From: the human T2T-CHM13v2.0 reference genome, Homo sapiens
Length of the DNA: 64,000 bases
NCBI RefSeq assembly: GCF_009914755.1
Contig: NC_060931.1
Strand: one strand, 5' to 3'
Position 1 is the first letter of the stretch, and each line of letters starts with the position of its first letter. Shown in pieces: positions 51,810 to 64,000 of this stretch. The notes under the pieces were generated by a model, which saw only the letters and a list, made by a program, of their open reading frames with translations, made no database searches and was not told where the DNA came from. The position numbers were made by a program, and so were the translations under genes.

Positions 51810-52900
51810 CACATTTTTACAATAAACATTTACTAGGCACCAATAATGTACAGTGGTATCTTGGGAAACCGCAAGAGACAACCTCCCTTCAAGAACCATA
51901 GTTTAATGAGAAGAGAAGAAATGGACATTGCTATGCTAAGTGACAATAAAGACATAAAACACTATGACAAAATGAAAGGGTACAATATTTTAACCTAGGA
52001 ACATTGTGAAGTTTGTTTCTTTGGAGAGAGAATCTGTGCAACTAGAATTTATGGGACTAGAGGGGCATTCATGGAATTAGAGTAGAGAGTCAGGCAGAAA
52101 GATCATCAAAATGATAATCTCCAGGGGAGAAAGCATGGATTTAGCAGGACATCATTACAATCCCTTTGAGTATAGGTCACATAAACCAGTGATCAACTAA
52201 AGAGAAAAGTCAACTGGAGAACGGGGAGGGTCCTGAGTCAGGCAGACATTAAGGGAAGAAGTAATATATGCCAATATTTATTAAGATTAGTCTGTGGTGT
52301 CTCACGCCTGTAATCCCAGCACTTTGGGAGGCTGAGGCAGGCAGATCATGAGGTCAGGAGTTTGAGACCAGCCTGGCCAACATGGCGAAACCCCATCTCT
52401 ACTAAAAATACAAAAAAAAAAAAAAAAAATCTGGGTGTGGTGGCAGGCACCTGTAATCCCAGCTACTCGGGAGGCTGAGGCAGGGAAATCACTTCAACCT
52501 GGGAGGTAGAGGTTGCAGTGAGCCAAGATATTGTTGCCATTGCAGTCCAGCCTGGGCAACAAGAGCAAGACTCCATCTCAAAAAAAAAAAAAAAAAAAGA
52601 TTAGTCTGTGGTGTGAAAATGATTAAGGCAAGAACAGCAGGTAGGAGCCCATTGCAATAGTCCAGAAAGGAAGGTATGATATTTGTATTTAGAGAAATGA
52701 CAGAATTAACACAGAGGGTGAATACATGTAAAAAGGCATTGTGATTATAGATTTGACAAGAATTTCAAGCAATGGTGACAAGGGAGAAATGAGTTTTGCA
52801 GCTAAAGTTACGTTTTTTGCTATTGAGGACTAGGTTTAGATTTAACCATTAACAGATATGGAGGAACAGAATGGAGGGATCGGAAATGGAGAAAAGCTAA
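51810..52900 (-). mobile_element. L2 fragment interrupted by Alu
   Basis: aataaacatttactaggcaccaataatgtacag (antisense L2 3' end); attgcaatagtccagaaagg. Confidence 0.65.
52301..52598 (+). mobile_element. AluS (Sg/Sq-like), slightly 5'-truncated
   Basis: Perfect 18-bp TSD aagattagtctgtggtgt at 52283-52300 and 52597-52614; expanded middle A-tract. Confidence 0.97.
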
Positions 52901-52919
52901 ACCTTTATTAAAAGGAACT

Positions 52920-53530
52920 TTTAAATTTATTTTAGCATAGTTTTGCATAAAAGTCACAAAAGAGTCCCTATATAAACCCTATACTTCATATTCCTTGTAG
53001 TTTACATCTTACATTAGCATGATACATCTGCCATAATGTAAGAACTAATCCATTATTCATAAGGGAACCTCACACTTTATTCAGACTTCCTTAGTTTGAG
53101 CTATTTTTTTTCTATCAGGACACCACACTATATGGAGCCAGCATGTCTCCCCAGGCCCCTTGGAACTAACAGATTCTCAGATTCTTCTTCTTGACAATTT
53201 TGAGGGATGTGGGTCAGGTGTTTTGTAAAATGTCTCTCAACTGGGGTTGATTTGATTTTCTTTCTCATGAATCCACAGGGATCAAGGTTTGGGGAGGAAG
53301 ACCACATCGGTAGAGAGCCACTCTGGTCACAGCATGTGAAGGCCACATACTAGCCACAGGCTTTAAGAGCCTCAAGCATCCAGCTAGAGGAGTGTGTGTC
53401 AGGCTATTCCACTGCAAAGTCACCCTTTGCTCCCCTTTGCCCTTTTCATCTGGCCTCTTTGGGAGAAGGTCACTACGCACACCCTAAGCTTTGGGGTGGG
53501 GACTTAGGCTCCACTGTGTCTGGAGGGTAA
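52920..53530 (-). mobile_element. L1MC-type 3' UTR fragment
   Basis: gtcaggtgttttgtaaaatgtctctcaa...tttggggaggaagaccaca...tgtcaggctattccactgcaaagtcac. Confidence 0.8.
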
Positions 53531-53794
53531 ATAGGGCTTTCAATATCCATATTTCAATATAAAGCCCTGTCCTATGAAAATGTATTTGTTAGCCAGATCC
53601 ATGCTCAGTCAAAATTAGGTCGTCATCCGTGTAAGCCATAAAATTACCACAGGAGAAAACTAGAAGAGGCAGCCTTTGAGGCTGTTTTTAGTATTTTGGT
53701 TAACCCACCACTTTACTTTTCTAACAAATACTGTGTAACAGCCTATTTGAAATGAAATCATGGAAACATAACCTATGTAGAAGAAAATTTCAAC

Positions 53795-53925
53795 TCTGTA
53801 TACACACACAGATATATATATCTGCATTTATATATCATATATATTATATAGGCAGATGTATACTATATATTATATCGGCATATTATATATGTAGATATAT
53901 TATGTATATATCTGCATATATCATT
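53795..53925. repeat. TA-rich low-complexity tract
   Basis: Degenerate (TA)n seen directly. Confidence 0.85.
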
Positions 53926-56900
53926 GCTGAATCGTAACACAAAGGGAAATAATACAAAAGCAATAGCTAATGAAATAATGTATATACTTTCATATGTGAA
54001 GACTAAAGCATCACTGCCCTAGTAGACATAGCAAACTAATCTGATCCTTCTGCCTTATATTAATCAGGGAAAGCAACAGCAGTTGCTGAAATAATCATGC
54101 CTCAATTATAGCAGCTTCACAGGCCAAAGGCTGGTTTCTCTCTGGGGTCGGTTCAAGCCCCATGTGACTGTCAGGCACCCAAACCTCGTGCCCCTCCTCA
54201 GTGTTCTCCAGCAGCCTTGGCCTCTCTAGGAGACTGCAAGGACAGCATGCTGAGAAGGCACCTGCTTTTAAACACCTGGGTACAGAGGGGTGCTCTTTGG
54301 TGAAAAATGTTCTCATGGCCCCGCCTGACTTAGGGGAGGCTGGAAAATGCAGGTCAGCTGCTTGACAGAAAGGAGAAAATGGAGACAGGATTTAGTAAGC
54401 ACAGAACCCTCTGTCTGCTACTGACAACCAAGTGAGCGGGTAGCCACCAACACAGACCAATAGAGGTGGACCTATGGGCACCTGCATGTTTATATGCTAT
54501 TTCTGTCAGTGATGTAGTTTTTCCCTGCAATGCAGACAAATAGTTGTTAAAGTTTTAAATAAAACAAATATAAGCTTCGCTCAATTTTTACAGTATTTGG
54601 AAGCATTTTTATAGTATTGGAAGATTAAGTGGATTAAAATTGTACAAGATACTTCATGTTTATGAATATGGAAAATACAGATTGATCATCTACAGGGTTA
54701 ATTATAACACAGGTCACCTCTATTATGGTCTGGCTATACAACTTTTATATGAGATGCAAGCAACACCTTGTGTGCAAGCCTTCATGTTGCAGACATGTAG
54801 TGCTTGGGGCTCTCCTTACAAAACACTAGTAGCATTACTTCACTCCATGTCAATTACTGAGACAAAGCACCTCCAGCAGTTTTCAGAAGCCCCTTGGAGG
54901 TGCTGTCTCATGATTGTGAGCCATAGAATTAGTAGAGGAGGAGAGGAGACAGATAAATAGACAAATAGCATGGACAAAATGAAAAGAAAATGATGGTTAC
55001 GTGGCAGAAGGGGAAAAAGTGAGATAGATTTAAAAACATAAACAATGAGGCTGTACAGTGGATATTTGGAGAGAGAAAATTTGAGAGTGGGGCTGGGAAT
55101 TAATTTTTCTCAGAACATTGCCTAGGTTTGAAATTGTCCTTTATGTCAAATGGCATGTTGAATATTTCCTTGCTATTGATGGCAGTAAAAAAAAAATGAC
55201 CAAGGGATGCTTTCACAATGACAAAAAGTCATCCTAAATGCCACTGGGCAATTTAATATTAATGAGGTCTTTCTACACATTATGAATATTATAGAAACAT
55301 TATTGCCCCATTTTGGTCACAGATATATTTGGCATAGACCAGACTGTCCTCAGGGATGCCTTTCATTAGTCCCCTGTTTGTATAAGAATTAACAATTTGG
55401 TGGTAGAGTGTTAACAAAAGCGTGGAAGTTATCTGTTAAAACACCACCTGCTGTACACAGTCTAAGGGTCTCTTTGCCTCTTCCCCTTGAGAGTTTGCAT
55501 ACGGTTCCCTTCTGCTCTTAGCTTCCCCAATCACCTGCCCATAAATCCATTTTCATGACTTGAGATGATGACTAGAAATTACTGTGCTGCAAACCAGGCG
55601 AGAGGTCTTACAAGGGGGCTGCCTGCCTGTGTGTCTTCTGGAGTGAATGGCAAACAATGGAAAAGGGACCCAGGGGCTGCTGGGGGTGGGGAAAATGAGA
55701 GTGTAGGATAAGAAGCTGCGCTTTGTGCTCTGAGGAAGCTCAGAGAAGAGCCCAGGGCACATTTCAAGTTCCAGGGACTCCAGCCACGCACTCAAGGACA
55801 TTGCACAGGCAAAAGATTTCTACTAGACTGAAGCCTCTCCAAAACCTCTTTCATTCTGAGGATTCTTTATTGGTGGGACTCTGACCGTCTTCTCTGGGCT
55901 TTCCTGGGCTTGATTAACTGGTTAACAAGAAAGACAACTGTGCAGCTTTCTGAGAAAATGCTAGGAGTTACAGGAGCAACAGATGGCAGAGTGGGGAACC
56001 TTACCAATTAGCAAAGTTATTCCATCTAAAGATGAGAAGTCTGGTCCCTGAGTCAAAATTCAATGTTGGCATTAGAGTACACAAAAAAATGAATAAAATT
56101 CCAGTCTGCAGAAGGTGTTTCATTAAGCAGAGCAAAATCTCATTATTTCAGACTCTACTCATTCAGAATGCGTGACCTCCATTCAGGGACTACAGATATG
56201 TTTGCATTATTTTCTGTGAAAGTCTTACTGCATTTTTTTTCCAGGAGCACACCTAACAAATGCTAAGGAGCTATTTATTTACAAAACAGATTCTGAGAAC
56301 AACAGATGATTGCCATCTAGAAGCCTTAAGTGACAGCAAAACGTTTGTTTTATAAAAGGAGTATTTTAAATTTAATTTTTTAAAATTGAAATACAGTAAA
56401 ACTGAATTTTCTGAGTGCAGCTCTATGATTTGTAAAACATGCACAGATGGATAAAATACCATCACATGCAGAACACGGAGCAATGGCCTCACTGCAAGGC
56501 CTCCCCTCATTCTCCATGCAATCACTTTGCAGGCCCACCCCGCCCCTAGAGCTGCGCAACTGCTGATGTGTTCTCATGGAATTACACAGTGTGTATTCAC
56601 CTTTAGATACTAGCTTCAGTCACTCAGAATAATGTTTTTGAGATGCACTTAAGTTGCTGAGCATATCCATAGTCTATTCCATTACATTGCTGCATGCTCT
56701 TCCCTTGTAGGGATTTGCAACTTTTTTTTAACCTATTAAACTGTTGAGGGACGTAAGTGTTGTTCCAATTTGAGACAATTATGAATAGAGTTGCTATCAA
56801 TAATTGTGTAGAAAGTTTTGTGTGAATATAAGTTTACGTAACTCTAGGACACATAGCCAAAGAGTAGGATGCCTAGTTCTCATGGTGTGTATGTGTTTAA

Positions 56901-57090
56901 CCATATCAGGAGCCACCAAGCTTCTTGCCAACTTTTTGGACTGGCTGTATTAGTTCACACTCTCAATGTGAAGTTCTCATTCACAGCATGCAAGAGCTCC
57001 ATTGCTCCACATCCACACCGGCGGTATTGTCAGCATTTTATGTACCTGCCATTATAATGCATGTGTAGTGGTAGCTTACAGTCACCTTGA

Positions 57091-57404
<314 letters not shown>

Positions 57405-58041
57405 TATTATGTCGTTGTTAATATCTTCTTTGGTGAAGAACCTGTTCAACACTCTTGCTCATTTAAAAATTGAGCTGCTTATTTACTTATGGTTGAACTT
57501 TAGTGTTTTTCAAATTTGTTTATTCTAAAGACAAGACATTTGTCATATACACAATTTGCAATATTTTTTCCCTCATCTCCAGGTAGTCTTTTCATTTTCT
57601 CAACTGTCATTTCACAGAATAGGTGGCTTTAACTTTGATAAAATCCAATTTAACATTGTAATGGGTTGTGCTTTTGGTGGTAAGTCTTATAATATTTACC
57701 TCAGGTAGGATGATATCTTACTTTTATTCTAAAAGCTTGATAGTTTTCATTTTAATATTTGAATACATGATCCGTTTTGAGTTACTTTGTATGATTTGTT
57801 GAGGTTTAGGTTAAAGTTTTTTAGTGTGTGTGTGTGTGTATAGTCCTCCAAGGGTCCCAATATAATTTGTTAAAGAGAATGGCTTTCTCTGTTAAATTGT
57901 CATTGCATGTTTGTCAAAAGTAATGGGTCCATTCCTCAACATTCTGTTCTGTTCCATTAATTGTTGTGTCTACTGTTCACCAATACCATACTGCATTGAG
58001 TACCATACCTAGCAACAGTAATCAGTTTTCACTATCTATAG

Positions 58042-58466
58042 TGAGAAAAGGAAAAAAGAAAAGCTCAGAGCAGTCTGGGTTATGTGAGTTATGCAAAATT
58101 TATCATGCCCAGGGAGATCAGTATGGACTTCAAGCATGCCCTCCACACTCATAGGACAATTGTTTAGAAGCATGTTGTTCCTGACTAGCTGCCTCACCCA
58201 TTATCTTCTTGCTCCTGGAATTTGTGATGTAAAGAACAATGTACAGCCAATCAACAGCTTATGTTATTTTAAAGTAAATTATTTGGTAAACAACGTAGAA
58301 ACTGTCTCTTCTTTTTCCTTAAAAACCCAGTTGTAACTGCTGCTAATCAAAGTGTATATTCAGGGCAACTTAAATCTATACTTCCAGGTAGCCATCCTCA
58401 GGCCTTGAACTCAAATAAACTTTATACTTAATTCTATCTTCTGAATCTCGATGTTTAAGATTGACA
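58042..58466 (+). mobile_element. ERV1 solo LTR (MER57-family-like)
   Basis: TG...CA termini, CCAAT (agccaatc), AATAAA near 58414, 4-bp TSD atag/ataa; interrupts colinear L1 sequence. Confidence 0.8.
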
Positions 58467-59519
58467 ATAATAAGTCTTAAAGCCAGGTGAAGTGATTCTT
58501 CTAACATGATTTATCTTTTTCAATATTGGTTTGGGTATACTACTTCCATTGACTTGAATCCAAATTTTAAAATCAGTTTGTCTATGTCTGTAAAAATTTA
58601 TCCTGCGATTTTGTTAAGAATTTTGTTAAATCTGTGGTTTGATTTGGGGTTATGTGACACTCATATTATAATGAGTGTCCCAATCCATAAAAATAGTGTG
58701 TCTTTCAATTTACATAGGTTCTATTTATTCCTTTTATTAGTATTTGTAGTTTTTAGCCTACAGATTATTCTATGTTTTGATAATTTCTAAGTATTTCACT
58801 TTTGGGGGAACTTCTGCAAATGGTAGTAGTTGTGTTCTAATTTGGTTTTCAGTTTGTATTACTGACAAGTGAAAATATAAATTTAACTTTTTATCTGTTG
58901 GTCTTGCATTCCACTGCTTTCATAAGCTAACTTATTAGTTCTAGAAGGCATTTTTGTATGTTCTTTAGAATTTTCTACATCGACAATTCACATTGTTTGT
59001 GAAAAGCAACAACGTTATTTCTTCTTTTCTAAGCTGTAAGCCTTTTATTTCTTATTCATATTTTATGTAATGGCTAGAACTTTCAACACAGTTTTGAAAA
59101 GTGGACATCCTTGCCTTTTTTCCAATCTTAAGGTGAAAGCCACTGAGTCTTTCGTCATTACATAAGACATTTGCTGTGTGCTATTTTGATGCCCTTTACC
59201 TGGTTTAAATTTCCTTCTATCCCTAGTTTGCTGCAGATTTTCTAATAAATAGATTCCAAACTCTATCAAATGCCTTCTTTTTGTGTCATTTGATATTGTT
59301 GTATGGTTTTTCTCCTTTAAACTAAAAATATGATATACAATCCCCATTGGTTTTTAACATGGAACGAGCTTGCATTTTCAGGAAACAGCACATTTTGTTG
59401 TCATTATTTTTACATATATTGCTGGAGCAGATTTGCCAACATGTTGAAGATGTTTTTGTCTGTGTTCATGAGGTCTATGAGTATACAACTTTTCTTTATC
59501 TGTCTGCTTGTGTTATCAG

Positions 59520-59812
59520 AGTACATTGATTTCCTTTAGCAACATAACAAATTACCACAGACTTAGCAGTAAAACAACACCCATTTGTTAGCTCCCAGTT
59601 CTCTGAATCTGAAGTTCAGAGACAGCATGCTTGCTTTCCCTGTTCATGGTCTCAAGGGCTGAAATCAAGGCGAGCTCTCATCTGTAGGCTCTGGGGAAAA
59701 GTTCACTTCCAAGTTAATTCAGATGGTTGAACTAATTCAGTTCCCTGTGGGTCTAACACTAAGGTCCTCACTTATTTGCTGACAATCACCTGAAGGCCAC
59801 TCTCAGGACCTA
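59520..59812 (-). mobile_element. MLT1E-like LTR, partial
   Basis: taacaaattaccacagacttagcag...aaacaacacccattt...ggctgaaatcaagg...cacttccaagttaattcag. Confidence 0.75.
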
Positions 59813-59819
59813 CTACCTT

Positions 59820-62370
<2,551 letters not shown>

Positions 62371-62381
62371 GCCTAGTACAG

Positions 62382-62571
62382 GCCACCATTATCACACCTA
62401 TAATCCCAGCATTTTGGGAGGCCAAGGTAGGTGGATTGCTTGAGCCCAGGAGTTCAAGACTAGTCTAGGCAACATAGTGAGACCCTCCCCTCTACAAAAA
62501 ATTAAAAAATAAGCTGAGCATGGTGGCACATGCCTGTGCTTCCAGCTACTCCAGAAACCGAGGTGAGAGGA
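62382..62571 (+). mobile_element. AluJ-like, truncated in the right arm
   Basis: taatcccagcattttgggaggccaagg...gattgcttgagcccagg...; stops at gaggtgagagga. Confidence 0.9.
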
Positions 62572-63487
62572 AAACCTGGGGTGGGTAGCTCCTCTCCACA
62601 GCTGGTCATCTCATCATCTCTTTGGCTCTCAGTAGAGAGGAGACCCTGGTGTGGGTAGCTCTTCTCTGCCGCTGACCATCTTGTAGTCTCTCTTTGAGTC
62701 TGGCCAAGCCTGGGGTATTTCTGGCCTTCATAGGAGAGAAAGCATGTGCTGATTGGTCTATGGGAAGCCATGGGTGGGCCTGGAGAGAGCCCCATAAATT
62801 CCCATTCAGATCGGCAGGACAGGCAGCCTGGCCCCCAGGCTTCAGGCCTTCCTTGGCTTGAAGATGGGGCTCTTCCAGGGACCTTCCCTTTTTTTCCCCA
62901 GAGTCTGTCTGCCTCTTGGCACTGTTCATGGTGCCGAGACTGTTCATTCATGTTCATCAGTCCCCAAAGTCTGGAATGGGCCAAGGCAGCAGGAGGTTGG
63001 CATGTCAGTGCTGCCCCAAGTGTGTCACACCCAGCTTGGTTGTGATAGTGCCCAGGCTTAGCTACAACTTTGCTACAAGATTGGAGTGGGCACTGGGAGT
63101 GGAGAGAAGCCAGGCAGTGGGAGCAGGCACTTCCAAGGGTGAGAGGGGAGCAGGGGGGCCCTTCCCAGGCCCCTGAGAGTGCAGAGATGGCTGGGTCCGC
63201 AGCCGTGGCTGGGCAGTGGCAGCTGCATCCGCATCCGGGAGGGAAGAGCTCCAGCCTGCTCCTGGTCCCCAAGAGCACAGGAATTCCCAAGTCTGCAGCC
63301 GTGGCTGGGCAGCCACAGCTGTGCCTGGGGGGCACAGGGCTCCTGCCCTGCCAACTTAGAAGCGGGCAGGGCATCTGCCTGTTCCCAGCTCACGCCAGCT
63401 CCCTGGAGTGCACAGCCTGGCTGCACCTCCCCCACTGCAGCCAGCATCATGGCAGCGGCTGCTCTAGATGGGCCGCCATTGCCATCA
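62572..63487 (-). mobile_element. MER52A-like ERV1 LTR, 5' portion
   Basis: The minus strand begins TGATGGCAATGGCGGCCCATCTAGAGCAGCCGCTGCCATG, matching the MER52A 5' terminus; GC-rich. Confidence 0.85.
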
Positions 63488-63488
63488 T

Positions 63489-63901
63489 TGTAACACGCTC
63501 TTTGGGACTTTGTGGTTCCTGGCATCTCCAAGCTTCCAGGCGCCACTGCATTACCCTAGTCCAGACACAGGTGCTTGCAATGAAAGCAGCAGTGCAGTAG
63601 ATCTGGTCCAGCAGCAGCCTCGCAAATAAGCCAGCACCTGTGCCGGGACTTGGAGCTGCCTGACACACCACAGCAGCCAGCCTGCCTGGCTGTGTGCACT
63701 GACCGGACCCTGCACTTGCTCACCACACATGTTTCACCGCTCTGCATCTGGCTTGCCCTTGGCAGACGTGAGACCCGAGCCGAATGCAGCCTGCTATGTA
63801 GAGCGGAACAAGCTAAAATAATGAACAATATTCAGGCAGAAGGTGTCCCCAGCCACAGAGGTTTCTGGCTGGCGAAGTGACACCCCAAGGATTCCATGAC
63901 A
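63489..63901 (+). mobile_element. MER52A-like ERV1 LTR, 3' portion
   Basis: tgtaacacgctctttggg...ccacagaggtttctggctggcgaagtgacaccccaaggattccatgaCA matches the MER52A 3' terminus. Confidence 0.85.
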
Positions 63902-63904
63902 CCA

Positions 63905-64000
63905 CCACAACCAGTCTTTATATTTTCTTCTTTATACTTTCCGTCCTTTTTTCTGGCTTTAGGTATATTTTTGCTCTTCTATTTTTTTATGAGGTGGACA
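63905..64000 (-). mobile_element. Old L1 ORF2 fragment
   Basis: ctttaggtatatttttgctcttctatttttt...gaggtgga resembles antisense L1M ORF2. Confidence 0.5.

Noticed and set aside
62502-63880. Cluster of long overlapping ORFs (up to 290 aa)
   Set aside because: They lie in a GC-rich MER52 LTR and run into an Alu; stop-poor composition explains them and I recognise no protein similarity

Overview
Primate (human/great-ape-like) genomic DNA, AT-rich and dominated by interspersed repeats: about 12 Alus (J, S, Y), several L1s from old L1M to a young L1PA2/3, L2/MIR, ERVL/MaLR/ERV1 LTR pieces, and Tigger/hAT DNA transposons. I see no intact protein-coding gene, RNA gene or CRISPR array, and no credible new biological system. 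The supplied ORFs are retroelement/transposase remnants or chance ORFs. The main non-TE feature, which the ORF track misses, is a degraded processed pseudogene of Shugoshin-1 (SGO1) on the minus strand (~43430-49685). It is split at a TA by a Tigger3b, which itself carries a 5'-inverted L1PA and an Alu. The window also holds several readable mutation/repair scars: two templated insertions in one old L1, two twin-priming L1 inversions, a ~165-bp duplication around an Alu, a MER52 LTR with an inversion breakpoint at its terminus, and an 86-nt hairpin. Repeat subfamily names and consensus comparisons are from memory, not from a search, and the boundaries of old repeats are approximate.
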